A DNA stretch of 64,000 nt, taken from NCBI RefSeq assembly GCF_964194025.1, contig NC_134470.1, forward strand, positions 18,476,001 through 18,540,000, written 5' to 3'. Below, one piece after another: positions 11,600 through 25,329 of this stretch (position 1 is its first letter; each line of letters starts with the position of its first letter). The notes under the pieces are model-generated. The model did not search any database and was not told the origin of the DNA. It saw only the letters and a list, made by a program, of their open reading frames with translations. Position numbers and translations under genes: made by a program. This DNA comes from Convolutriloba macropyga. Its lineage: Eukaryota.

Positions 11600-14500
11600 C
11601 TTTTAGATAATCTTTTCTGATTTACTGCCACTCTAACTCTACTGAACTTTTAGATATACCCATTTGTTTTCCAAAATGTCGAAAACAGAACACCTTGGTA
11701 GCTCTTGAGCTTTCAATCATCAGCTCGTTGCTACCGCCGGTATTCTGAATTACAAATTCAGTCGAAGTCGAAATATGAGCTCCTCTAATTTGAATAATGA
11801 TAAAAGTTGGAATAAAAATGAAAACGAATGCCCCCACTCTATCATATCTTGGTCAAACACCTCTAATGAAAGGGGAAAAAGAACTTGTCTACTATTAAGT
11901 CCTGATGAAAATGATGCAAAACCTGAACATACCAAAGTTAACGAAAAGGTTCCTAATTTGGATATTTCCGAAATAAATAAAAACAACTTTCAGATATCTG
12001 CTGCCGACATACTTCCTGAAATAATGAAAACTGTAAAATCGGAAATGGAATCAATTAAAACTGAGCTAAAAAACGAATTGAAAACGAATTGAAGTGAAAT
12101 TGTCGATGAAAACATTGATAAACTTAAGTCGCAGTTGCAACTAAAAATAGACATCGAGCAAGGAAAAAGAGCTAAACTTAAAACATTATCTGAATGCAAA
12201 CTGCTCAAAACTTATAATCGCCGTGATAACATTGAAATACTAGGTCTCGAGCAAAACTTAGCTCATGGCCAGAGAGAAACCTATCAAACAGCCGAAATTG
12301 TACAGAAGGTTGCACAAGAAAAAAATGACATTTCAATTGCTCATAGGCTGCCATCTAATAACGGAACACCTAAACCAGTAATTGCTAGGTTTACCCGTAG
12401 AGTGACTTAAATTGAGCTCTTAACGAAAAAGAGAAACCTACACGGAAATTCTCTTCTAGGGAGCGTAAGGATATATGAAGATGCCACAAAAGCTCGCGTA
12501 AATTTCATGAATTTGCTCAGAAACAATGAACGGATAAACGAAGCTTGGATTAGAGTGGGGACAATATTTTTTGAGTGGAAAGATAATGAGAGCATAGAAA
12601 AAAATACATGGCCTTTATGAAGGAGCTGAATTGGAACAATACAGTTATGAAACGGTTACAAAGTGCTTTGAAACAAAACTGACTAAAAGAACAAACGAAA
12701 GTAGACGAAAGTGAAAGTAGACGAAAGTGAAAGTAGACGTGAAAAGTTGCGTAACGAAAGGCCTGAGCAACAAAACTCGAACTTTGAAAACTTTAAAAAT
12801 TTTAAAAACAGAAATAAAAATTACAAAAAAACAAAGTTACCACCCACGGATGCAATTTTACTCAGACTATCAGACTCCACACTATCCAACAAATTCCTTT
12901 GGCTTCCAAAATCGTCGCTTCTAGCCATACTTTAAATATTCAAATAAACGTACGGTCTCTCAAAAAGAATTTCTCAGACCTAGAGAATCTAAATCAGATA
13001 TTCTATGTCAGTGTGAAACATGGTTAAGTGAAAATGACGAACCGTCAAAATATGTTATACCTGACTTTAATAACTGGGCAATAAGAAACAGAAATTCACG
13101 AGGAGGTGGAATTATGATTCAATATAAAAATACCTTAAACATTGTGAAAGAAATTCCTAATCTTTTTAATGAAGAGTTGTACTTAAAATTAGAGATGCAA
13201 AATTTCAACTTCAAACTCATGGCTTTATATAACCCTCCACGATACAACAAAATGACCTTCAAAGAAACCCGTGATAAATTTTTAGAAAATGAAAACAACA
13301 CGAATACCCAACAATAATTTGTGGTGACTTAAATATTGACATTGAGAGCAAAAACCTAATGGTAGATACGCATTTAAATTGCATCGCTGCTAACGGTTTT
13401 GAATGTTTTTGCCATAATCCAACCAGGGTAACGGAAATATCATCCAGCTCAGTAGATCATTTTCTAAGGAGAGAGGCAAGTTCTTCAACACAAAAATTTC
13501 AGTGAGCACTATCCAATTCAATTCAAGTTTAAAATTCACAAAACAACGACAAATAATGGAAAAGTGTATAGATAAAAAAATTTTAAGTTGCCCTGAACGA
13601 GTGAAAAAATATGTCAATGACTTGAATCAACATCTGGAAAATAACGAACGATCAATTTTTAGTCAAAGCAATGTAAACGAAGCCTTTGATATTTTTAATA
13701 GAATTTTCTTAGAGGTGACAAATGTCTATGCACCAATGACAATCAGTAAAATGAAAAGTAAATGTCCACAATGGTTTTTTAACAAACTGAAGAACTTAAA
13801 AACAAAACGAAATAAAGCTCACAGAAAATGGAAAAAGAACCAATGTGAACCAACGCTTGCTGCTTTCACGAAAGCGAGGGATAATCTTAAAAAAGAAATC
13901 ATAACAACCGAAAAACAATTTTACCATAATAAATTTGACAAATGTATTGCCAATTCAAGACAAAGATACAAACTTCCTAATGAACTCAAAGGTAAAACAA
14001 ATGCTTCCGAAACTTTTCCTATTCTAGCCAGTTGTCAGAAAAATATCGAGGAACCCAGTCATGCAGATAATGCAAACTCTTTCAATGACTTCTTATCAAT
14101 ATTGGATCAAACTTAACAAAACATCTAAAAAAGAATACCGGACCCAGATTAAAGAGCAATGCGTATTCCATGTTTTTATAAAAATCAAATTCGTCTGAAA
14201 TTCAGAAAATCATGCAAGACTTAGACAACAAGCCATCGTCAGGGGACGACAATCTCAGCAATGTTTTAATCAAAACTTCGGGTTCGGTAACAGCAGTATA
14301 CTTAGAATACCTAATTAATCTTTCATTCAGTACAGGTGTTTTTTCCGATGCACTATCGAATGCTAAGGTTTTCCCGCTTCACAAAGAAGTCTCCAAAGTC
14401 GATGAAAATAATTTTAGGTCAATATTCCTTTTAAATGTATGGAGCAAAATTTTCGAAAGAGTCATGTACAACCGACTATATTCATTCATCGAATGTTTTA

Positions 14501-15911
14501 ATCTATTGCAAATTAACCAGTTTGCTTTTAGAACAAAACAGCACTATTGATGCATTGATTCAACTAACAGAAACAATAAGCCGAAATCAGAACTAAAACA
14601 GTTTCTTCATCAGTTTCTTCCTAGACCTCAAAAAGGCGTTTGATACAATAAATCATGACATCTTAATAAGTAAATTGGAATTGTACGGGATACGAGGAGT
14701 GTGTCTGTCTTCGTTTAAATCGTATCTTGGGAACAGAATGCAAAGAGTAGAACTAAATGCAATAAGCTCCTCTTGGAAAAGAGTAAAATGTGGTGTTCCC
14801 CAGGGCTCAATATTAGGGCCTCTAGTATTCATAATTTACATAAATGACTTGCCGAACGTCTGTAAAGACGTTGAAATTATTTTGTTTGGAGATGATACTA
14901 ATATTGAAGCAATTGGTTGTTCTATTAACGACGTAGCATCAGATCTTAAAAACATAAAAGATTGGTTAACTGAAAACTTGGTTGTTTTAAATCTTGAAAA
15001 AACCATTCAATTGAACATTAAAACTGATAATTTGAACCCACGCTTCGAGGTAATTTGAACCCACGTAAAAGTTGACAATACATGTTAATATCTTGGTTTA
15101 CGTTTGGACACAAAACTAACTTTAAAACTCACATTTCACATGTAATAAAAGTTTAGCAGGCAGTGTGGAATTATTTCAAAATTCAGACACAGTGTTCCCA
15201 GAAGTAAATTATTAAACTATTACAATACAAATGTAAATTCAGTAATTCAATATGGCATACTTGTCTACGGATGTTGAAGCTATTCTTCACTCTTTCCCAT
15301 TTTTTGATTACAAAAGAAAATATTGAAAATAATACACTTCCGAAAAAAGCGGGACAGTTGCAATGACCTGTTTATAAACAATACAATATTCTCTGTTTAC
15401 GAATTGCATTTATATGAATTGCTAAAGTTTCTCCTCAAATCTCTAAATGGATATCATTGTATTAAGTTTTGTAACGGTTTAATACACGAAATAGTACATT
15501 GAATTTGCTTAATATTGCGTTTAAAAAAGTAAAGTTGAGAGAAACTCAGTTGATTTTAGAAGTTCTGTTCTATATAATAAGCTTAGATTAATTGGAGTGT
15601 TACCTGATAATGTAGAAAATGGCACTAGGAACAACCTTTCTGATATTTGTCACAAACTGAAATATTCTTATATGTGCAATAACTCTGAACTTGTTGAATA
15701 TGTTTATGGCAACCGCTCCAAATAGTCGATCTTCCGTAATTTTGTCTTTTGTTCTGTCATGTGTATAACTGTCTTGTGTTCTGCAAAGTATATTATTGTC
15801 TTGTGCTACCATCATGAGAGGGTGATCTGAAAAGAGGAACTTGATGTCCCCGTTGATCATCCTTGCTTTATTGTATATATACGAAAAAGCTAAATAAATC
15901 TCTCTCTCTCC
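11600..15911 (+). mobile_element. Decayed full-length non-LTR retrotransposon, CR1/L2 group (ORF1 + APE-RT ORF2)
   Basis: ORF1: YNRRDNIEILGL..DISIAHRLPSN..PVIARF. APE: ETWL, YNPP, CGDLNID. RT: FLDLKKAFDT, GVPQGSILGP, LFGDDTN. Ends in aaataaa(tc)n. Many stops and frameshifts; the 5' boundary is approximate. Confidence 0.92.
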
Positions 15912-16602
15912 CCCATGATCAATTAACGAAATACAAAAAAACAGTACTGGAAAATAACCAAAGCCCTGTACTAAGCTAAAAACAAAATTCACAACCCCCA
16001 CTCGGAAATAGATTTAATTTATCAATTGAAAAATAAACGAGACTTGAAAATTTCATTGAGAAACAGCCCCTAGATAAAGCCAAACTAATGCTAGTGGGAT
16101 TCAGTTAGGTAGTAAGTGGGGAGGTGGGTAGGATGTAGTGTGGAGTTTTGTGTTAGAGTACGTAGAATTAGAAAATATGCCAAAATGGGTCAAAAGCCTC
16201 TGAAACTAACCTTTCTAACTCAAATATTACTCACATTGGAACCTTAATTCACTTCAAGTAGACAATTTTGTGAACTACAATAGAATTTAACTGCCAACGA
16301 AAAATGAAGTGCAGGTTGTAAAAACTTAAAAAGAACTCACAAAAAACCTCTGAAACCGTAAAAAACGTTCGCAATTAAGTCAAAATGTCTAATGTATGCT
16401 TAGGATGATCAAAAATAATGTCAAACGTTTAACAAATCTTTCATGAATGGGACAAAAAACACTTTGCTTTAAAAATTTAGAGTTAAACAAAAAACCCACA
16501 ACCAACGTCGAGCGCATTGCTCACTCAGACTACTGTCAAACGGTTGGCTTCGTCAGCAGCTACCCGGGGATTATGGAGGCTATCTAAAACTTAACTGAGA
16601 GG

Positions 16603-19600
16603 AAGAAGAGTGAGAGAGAGAGAGAGAGTTAATTCCTCTGAGTATAAATAAACATCAAAATATAATACATGACAAAATTTTCTACTTTTAGAGTTCAAGA
16701 TCAGAAAGCGTCAAGTTATCATTGCATTATACATAAAACCATTGTACACACAGAGAGGACAGTTTACGGATCCGACTGGATCACTGAGCACTGCCCTTAA
16801 TTTTTTTTTACAATTAGATATGACTATTCAAAAAGGAAAAAAACCACTATTGAAAGATAATAGATGAAATTCTCAATTTATTTGATGGAATTTTCAATTT
16901 TTGACAAAATTTTTTACCCCTTTAGGAAACCCCGGCGACCGTAAATTGAATCATTTTGTGTTGTCTTTTTAAATTTTAACTTCATAAAAAAAAATTCCGC
17001 GAAAGGTGTACACAAAGTCGCAATTAGGAGAAGATTGTTTTTGTTAATTCATAATTCGATCAAATGTAATTGTCTAATCTTTTGCACCAGACTGACAAAC
17101 GAAAAACTAGAAGGCTAAATATAGTTTGATGGTAACACATTGTTTTCAATAAAAAGATTAATTAATTTGGCACCTCTGTATCTCAATGAATTCCTTTCGA
17201 ACTTTCGTTTACACTTTGGTACTTTCAAAAACCATTTCAATGATCTTCCAGTGGAATTGTTTGATCGGAATTCGAAAGAAAATAACTCATTAAGATATGT
17301 ATCTGTGTGCATTTTATTTACTGATTTTATTACAAATTTAAGAAGTTCGTAAATATGCAATTCGTGAGCAGTTAAGACCTTGTATTTCTCAAAAAACTGT
17401 GTTACATTTTCTGTGTATTTCTGGAACAAAATGAGTCTGAGAATTTTTTTGCAATAGAACTAAAGGTTGAAGGGAAGTAAAGCTTACACATCCATACATC
17501 AGCACACCATATCGAATGATTGGTTTGAGTAAAACACGTTTTTGGTACATAATGCCTTAATTTTGACACTATTCCGCACTGCATTGCTAACTTTTTCTTC
17601 AAATCCTCAATGTGCTCTTTGAATTTCAATTTTTAACCAAACGCAATCCGAGATACTTGCAGCTTTCTGACTCAGGTATATAAACAGAATTTAATTTGAA
17701 TATGGAAAACTTATTGACATTAGAGGCATTGTTTCTTATTTTAATATTCATTTGACAACTTTTTTCAGGATTAAGAGACAGCTTGTTGGCGTTGAGCCAT
17801 TTCTCTACATTGACCAAATCCTTTTGCTTTGATTCAAAATCACTATTGACTGCTGTTAAGTTGGTATCATCTGCGAAGAGAAAAGTTCTGAAGACTTGGC
17901 ACACGTCTGGAAGGTCATTTATGTATATTAAAAATAGTGGGCCAAGAATCGAGCCTTGTGGAACACCACAGTTTAACTTCAGCCAGCTGGAGTTGCAATT
18001 ATTGACTGAAATACATGGCTGTCTTTTCGATAAATAATCACTAAACCATCTCAGGCAAACTCCTCTTATACCATATAGTTTAAGCTTTTGTAATAGGATT
18101 TGGTGGTCTACCGTGTCAAAAGCCTTTCTTAAGTCAATAAAAAATGTGGCTACCTGACAATTGCGGCTCTCATGAACTGTTTCTGTTAATTTTGCAATGG
18201 CATCAATAGTGCTATCTTTTTTTCGAAAACCAAATTGATTGGGATGGAACAAACCGAAAGTTTCAAAGTACGTATAAATTCGATTATACATAACGCGATC
18301 AAAAACTTTACTCCACGCAGTGAGAAGCGAAATTGGTCGGTAGTTATTTATCTCGTATTTCGCCCCTGCCTTGTGCAGAGGTACAGTTTTAGCTTGTTTT
18401 AGAATACTTGGAAATTTACCGTCTTTAAAAGATTTATTTACGAGATGAACAAGATGCTTGCAAATTATGAAACCTGTTTTCTTAATCAAAATCTAAATCA
18501 TACTAATATCATCAACTCCCGAAGATGAATTTTCTTTGAGATCCTCAATTATTTGCAAGATTTCGTTGCAGTTTGTTTCATAAAGCCACATACTCTGCAA
18601 AATATTAACCTCAGGATTAACAAAAATCTCATTTGGGATGTCTGCCTTTTGTTTTTGTCCTATACCTACAAAAAAAGTGTTGCGCTCGTTTGCAACATCT
18701 AGATTATCATCAATTCTTCTACCATTTTTTATTATGTAAGGAACTTGAGAATTTTTTAATAGTAACTCCCTTAAGCTCATTTAACAATTTATAAAGTTGT
18801 TTTGAGTCTCCGATGCATTTTGAGAACTTTTGCTCATAAAAAATCTTTTTGGCTTTGATTGTTTTCTCCACTTTAGTTCGTAGTGCTTTAAATTTCTCTA
18901 ATTTTTCGTTGTTCTGACGGTCCATTTTCCATGACTTGTGTGATTGGTTTCTTTTGCAAATCAAATTTTTCATATTTTTATCAAACCAATTAGGTTTTTT
19001 GATTGTATTCCTGCTTGACCTCCGATATGGTGCAAACATTGCTAATACTTCTTTAAAAGTATTATCAAATCTGTCAGAAGCACAGTTTATACTTTCCGTT
19101 TCCTGGTATCTTATTGTAGCTAGTGATTTAGAAAGGTTATCAAGAAAAGAAGACATTCTACTCAACGATTTTAAAAAACTGGTTTCACGAACACCAATTT
19201 CTGATGAACAACTTTTGCTAATCTTCTCAAATTCCAACACAATAGGAAAGTGATCGCAATAATTGTGATCCTCCATTACAAAAGTTTTCTGAATCCTCAA
19301 ATTTTTTACGAAAAAGTGATCCAAACAAGTCGAGGTATTTCGGATGATGCGAGTTGGCTCACAACATAGTTGAAAACCATTTGATTGGATAGTCGATAGA
19401 TATGATGACGTCATCAGATTTTTATCTAGCACGTTGATGTTGAAGTCCCCACAAACAATTATTCTGTCATAACTTTCATTGATGTTTTCCAATGTTTCAT
19501 CGAGCTCAAAAATGAAATTCTGCTTGTTAATTCTGGGGGGATTATAAACCACTAACAGAGCAATCTTTAACTCTCCGAATTTCAAATGAACCAAAAGACT

Positions 19601-20960
19601 TTCATGCAATTTGCAATTCAGCTCTTCAATCAAGTTCACCTCATCACTTATTTGGATCATAATACCTCCACCCCTACCACTTCTTGATTTCGACAAGCAA
19701 TTATTGTAATTTGTTACCTTGAATAAATTCGGATCCTCATTAACTGTTAGCCAAGATTCTGTTAAACATATGACGGAAGGCGGAGACTCAAAACAAGATA
19801 TCAGTGCCTCTAATTCTTCATGATGTTTTTTAATGGATCTAGTATTTAAGTGTAAAATTTTGAAGTGATTTGATGCAGATCTAATTTTGGTCGCTTTATT
19901 TAATCTAAGAGGTGAACTCTTATGTTCCAGACTCTTCACAGCACTCTTCGCTCCGAAACGGCTGTTCCTCAATATCAGCAAGAATTGTCTCTTTGGCATT
20001 CGGCGAACCACTTATGAGACCCATAACAAAATCAAGCAATTCGTCTTTATCAGCTCTCCTGCTTTTTAGTTCCTCCATTAGATTGGTATAGTCGCTGTTC
20101 TCAAAATTGTCACGCATACGCTTTAGGGAAGGCAGTTTGGTCGATAAAGGTGTACCAGGCGCAAAAATGGGCTGTTTTGTTAGCTTTGGAACAGGCGTGT
20201 TATAAATAATTTCATTGACTTCCATCGAACCTGCTGTTGTCGTGTATACTTGGCTTTGCTTTTGTGGTAGATTCTTTGGATAATTGAACTTCTGTTCAAT
20301 TTTACTAGCAACTGGTTGCAATTCAATAATATCTTGATAGAATTCAGTTCAAGATATCGCTTCATCCCATCTGACTCGATCTGAACAAGTGGTGCCGAAT
20401 TCTTAGTAGTAAGCTTTAACTGTTTTGCTTGAGCCTCCTCTTTCAATGACTTGTCGTAGTTGCTCAATCGCTCGAGAATAAAAACCGGTTTTCCATTATT
20501 TGGATTCCTATAATTCCGTAGCAAACCCTTCCTGGTCCAGATTCTTTCCTTTTGGTCAAAATAGACGAACTTCGCGATAACTGGTGGTGGAAAAAGGGTG
20601 CTTCAGTGTGTGGGGGGGTGGGATGAGCGGAGTCGGATCTCAAAGGGAGTAAAGGTGGAGGTGGATTGAGGGGATCTTCAGCGGGGGGGGGGGAGGGGAG
20701 GGGGGTTTGTGGGCGGTTAGAGGTGTAATGAGTGAAGTGGGGGTTGTTTTGAGTGGAGTGAGGGAGGGGGTGAAAAAGGGTCTTAACATAAAAAACTGCC
20801 CTCTCACACCATGATTTTGCTCCGATCATTGTACACTTGGAGACTACTTCAGCTCTAACTGCTGAGCAATTTATTGTCCTCCGCAATTGAACACTTTATC
20901 CTGCTTTGGGAGCGAAAAATCAAATGGTAATAAAAAATATCACGAAAGTCGATAGTACGA
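16603..20960 (-). mobile_element. Decayed full-length non-LTR retrotransposon, CR1/L2 group
   Basis: APE at 18719-20011 (LNTRSI, TESWL, CGDFNIN, CDHFP). RT at 17626-18489 (IDLRKAFDTV, GVPQGSILGP, FADDTN). ORF1 fragments at 19920-20886. (ct)n 3' tail at ~16612-16628. Confidence 0.93.
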
Positions 20961-21529
20961 AAAATAGCATAATAAAGACTTCTAATTGACTTCTAAATCC
21001 TGTTCCCTGTTCCAGTGACACGTCACCGATTAATAAAATCTAAGATCACCATAACTGCTCCTCATGTCACTAAAGAACCGCTAAAAACCAATACTTGCTT
21101 ACGGTTAGTTAAAACCTATACTCACCTTTGGTTACGTAAATCCTTAAGTACTAAAATCCTGAAGACCTACGCTCAGCTTACAGCTTCACCTAAACTTAAC
21201 GCAACCTTTCCTTTCAATGTTCTATTTGCTCAAGGGCATAGTTTAACAGTGCTTTCAGCTATCTGGTACAGCCACCGCAAGCAGTTGTGTTTTTATTGCT
21301 TCAGAATTTTTAGTTAAGCTAACTTTTAATTTGGATGCCAAAATTAACGTGTCGACCAAAGCAATGCGCGCAAAATGACAATTTGAGCAATTTGCTCTAG
21401 TAAAAACATGGGAGTTAAGACAGGGGTTTCAAAAGACGACGGGTAAAGCAAATCAGGTTGAGCAGTTTAATCGAAGTAAACATAAACCGACTAATGTTGG
21501 AAGAAGTGCTCTTCAACGACAGGCGGGTG

Positions 21530-21603
21530 GAAAAACACCGCGATTCGAACCGTTGACCTCCCGATTCATAACCAAATGCACTGACGACTGTGCTATTCGG
21601 GCC
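21530..21603 (-). mobile_element. tRNA-derived SINE head or tRNA pseudogene
   Basis: The minus strand ggcccgaatagcacagtcgtcagtgc...gaggtcaacggttcgaatc has A-box-like and B-box motifs at tRNA spacing. The acceptor stem does not close. Confidence 0.55.
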
Positions 21604-22327
21604 TTATTGTTGCTATGCTGCAACCGAATTTATATTAGCAGCCAGCTTTACTTCGGAGTGAGAGCAATAGATCACTCAAAAATGAACGAAAGCGTGAAAA
21701 AGTCATTTGAGAAGTCAAAATATGTTCTAGAAGAAAAGCGCAAAATGGTCAAGCGAAAAATTTGCATAAAAAGACCAATACGTTTACAATAAAGGCTATG
21801 AACTTCGTTCAAGAGCAATTAAAAAAATAAGTAATAAGAAGAAAGCTGTGTCCTTAATGTGAAGTACATAAAACTTTAACGAAAACATTTCACTTGGAAC
21901 AATAATTTATCAATCAGATCAGCAAAATATCCTGAGTTTAGAAATCATGATTTTTAGCTAGCTGTCTTTCAACTGGGCGGATTCTCCATCGCACCTGGTG
22001 TTGAAACCAGCAAACTATCTGCTGAAGATATTAAATTTGGTGTAAAAACACTTCGAAATTCGACATTTTTAATTCTATTTAGCATGTTTGGCTCCCGCAC
22101 ACATTCCTGTTTTCCCGCGAAAAATTTTTCCACCGCAGTAATCGCTTCGGCCAGTTCATACTGACTACCGTAATCAGTTCAAGACGATCGTAATTAACAA
22201 TTTGAAATCATTAGCACAGCTAATTAAAATATCATGGAATTATCTTCATCTGAATGCCTTGAAAGGCGAAACAAAGAATCAGCAATATCTTGAAGCTTGC
22301 TAACAAAATCGAAACATCGTAACCGCT

Positions 22328-22612
22328 TCAACTGGACTCCTCCACAACCCAGTCCTCGTTCACAACGGAAACTCCTCTCATGTACGTTTTGGTAGTCTTC
22401 ACAAGTTCATTATAAACCACAGCTGCTGGTAACTTCTTGTGTAAAACTGATGAGGGGTGAATTTCAACTTGGACATGACCGACACTAGTGTAGTACTTCT
22501 TTTCACTTCCCAGTACAGCGAGACGTAATCTGAACGCTTTATAGAGACACAAACGGACTTTGTCAAAACCTGAGGAGCTGCTGGTAGATTTCCACCCCAA
22601 AGACACGCATAT
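22328..22612 (-). CDS. DHX33: DEAH-box RNA helicase DHX33, last coding exon (OB-fold)
   Basis: Phase 0 acceptor cttttccttag. Reads ICVSLGW...IHPSSVLHKKLPAAVVYNELVKTTKTYMR to a TGA stop. Confidence 0.9.
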   Translation of the reverse strand: MCVSLGWKSTSSSSGFDKVRLCLYKAFRLRLAVLGSEKKYYTSVGHVQVEIHPSSVLHKKLPAAVVYNELVKTTKTYMRGVSVVNEDWVVEESS

Positions 22613-22835
22613 CTAAGGAAAAGAAAAGCATGTTTCAACATTTGAGACAATATAACAAACTTCACAATAAAATTACAAAATTGAACTACCCACAGCAAGA
22701 AGGTAACTCAAAAAAGTTAACTCTAAGGATGCATGGCTGCTATTTTAAATTCAAATCACGTTGCCACTCTCAAATTAGTTCTAGTTACAACGTGTTGCCT
22801 CAAGTCATGCTCATTGAAGTACGTCAAGAAATTGA

Positions 22836-23139
22836 CATAACAACGCAGAGGTATACCTAAATCGAATTTGAACTTTGTTCCGTTTCGCTGTTAACATGGG
22901 ATTTACAATAAATTTGAAGCAAAGCGCTAACATTTGGAAGTTCTGCCATTTGTGAAAGTAAATCCGTTAATAATTTCCCCAAAATTAAACTTTGGATTCT
23001 ATATATTGGGAGCGATACCTTTGTGGTAATTAGGCTACAAGTGATGTTACCTACTTTCACAAATTGTTATGTTACCTAACCAAAATACGCGAGGGCGAAA
23101 TCAGCTAATTTACATCTAGGTATACCTCTGCGTTTTGTG
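22836..23139. mobile_element. MITE with CA(C)-starting TIRs in DHX33 last intron
   Basis: Inverted repeats cataacaacgcagaggtatacctaaat and atctaggtatacctctgcgttttgtg, with tga on both flanks. Confidence 0.6.
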
Positions 23140-23273
23140 TGACAACGTAATTTTGGTCACAGACTACGACGGCCTTTTATATACAAATTTAGATTGCACA
23201 ACTTTACTTTCAGGCAATTCCAAGTCATCCAATATTCAGTTCACTATTCAATCAATGAGGTTCAAACTCTCAC

Positions 23274-24233
23274 CTTGGAAAGTTGAGATCTGATTTGCAT
23301 AGCCAGCTGCACGCTCTTCGGGTTCAAAAAATTCTCATAGCACACTTTAGATATCGTCATTTTCTTCGCAGCATGGTTCACAAATCTATACATCAACAAA
23401 AGCCCGACCATATCTCCTGTATAATGCTGGAACTTAGACCAACATTTAGAAGCTTCACTATTTTGGGTATCGTCTGAATCCAGATGTTGATTAGCACGTA
23501 TTGATTGCTGAGCAGCTCTTCGGTTGTATAGGTTCTCAACACTCAACATGCTTACTATGGACAGCATATCATCAAGGCATCCATCTTCGTTACCATACAC
23601 GAGCGCCAAGGCATATTCAGGTCTCAAAGGGAACTTACAGACAACCTTTCCCAATCTTGTTAATTGAAATCCACACTCGGTTTTCTCTGTTTCTGTTTTC
23701 TCACATATCGCCTCCAAATCTAGTAACAGTTTAATTGCAGCCTTTACCGAATCCGTCGGAGGCTTTTCAATAAAATCGAATTCAAGAACGTTTGAAATTC
23801 CAAGCGATATCATAAGCAAAACAACATTTTCAAGGTTTGATTTTAAGATCTCCGCTTCTGTCATTTCGAGAAAATTATTTTCGAACTTATCTTTTGAAAC
23901 TAAACAGTAGCATTCACCGGGACCCAAACGACCAGCTCTACCCGAGCGCTGCTTCGCTTGCGCTTTCGATTCGTTAATTACTGTCAAATACTCAACGCCT
24001 GTTTTAGGATTGTAACACTTCTGTTTAACTTTTCCGCTATCAATAACGTATTTGATGTTAGGTATTGTTACTGAGGTTTCTGCAATGTTAGTACTAATAA
24101 CGACTCTTCGAAAACCAGCTTCGATTTCTCGTTTGTCCTTTCGTTTGAATACCACCATTTGAACTTCCGGAGGCAACGCTGAGTATAAGGGGACCACATG
24201 CAAGCCACTACTGTCCGGATCATTTTGGAGGCT
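23274..24233 (-). CDS. DHX33: DHX33 exon 3 (RecA2 domain, HA2)
   Basis: Acceptor attttag and donor gtgaga, both phase 0. Motifs PLYSALP, STNIAETSVTIPNIKYVIDSG and QRSGRAGR. Confidence 0.93.
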
Positions 24234-25329
24234 CTAAAATTGAGATCGAATGACTTACAACCGAACGACTTGCGCATTAAAATTTGTACATTACAAATAA
24301 TATATTTCTCCTCTGAGACAATAAATGATCCGCATCGGTAAAAACCACAAACTGATACCTACGCAGCACATTTGATTAAACTACAGAGCCAATTAGTTAA
24401 ATGCATTTTTTAAAATCTGAAGACAAACACTTGCAATTAAGGCTGGAATCAATAACGCAAAAAGCTATATTTACGAAAAAAACAGAAGTTATTTTATTTC
24501 TTGTGAATGTTTGTGAATATGCATTCATTCGATTAGTATGTTAGATTATAGTTCTGTGACGCTTAAGGCCAAGGCTCAAACTCGAGGCACCCTTTGGTTT
24601 AACCCAAGCTCGGTTAAACCAAAGGGCTTTTAAAACTATAGGGTGACTTAATCAGACACAAGTTGTTTCAGGATCCAAATGTGCAGACTAAGATATCCAG
24701 TTCTACTCGTTGCTTTTAGAATTCCGACAGCAATAAATTCTGATGATGGCAACTACTATTTTAAGAAGTCAAACGATGATGCTTGCTTGCATTGGCGTAT
24801 ATTTAGTTTTCAATAAAACTTCTCAAGAATTCAGGAAAATTTGAAATTTGTTATAATTCTGCAACTGATCTTCAAGAAATTTTCCAAGAAACATACTAAG
24901 AGTATTCCAAGATTTCAACCCCAATTTCTAAGTTTATTCTATCATGCAGCAGATCCATTTCCTGAAAGTGTCAATGAGTGTGATAACTATAGTGAAAAAT
25001 AGGTCAAAACACCTATCGTGACTTCTATAATTCGTGCTCAAGATCCACTTCATTATTGCATTTTACGAGGAGCGACTACGAGTCTACGAAAATTTATCTG
25101 TATTGTGTAACACTTAGCACCCAAATTTCGGTACTAAAACTTGTGATTATTACATACTTTCGTCACCAACATCCAGACAACATTGCTATTTAAAATATGT
25201 GAAATGTTTTAGGGATTGACTCCATGGTGCGATAAGTAAAGTTTATGAAACGCTCAACAATAGTGAATGCTTCCTCAGTAATTCGATATTTTGCTTAATC
25301 AGCACAGGCAGTTTTTGAGTTTTAGATAT

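Noticed and set aside
15600-16001. 133-aa antisense ORF and other short ORFs opposite LINE coding regions
   Set aside because: Shadow frames of retroelement sequence with no independent evidence.
21530-21603. Functional tRNA gene
   Set aside because: The acceptor and anticodon stems do not pair properly; kept as a SINE head or pseudogene.
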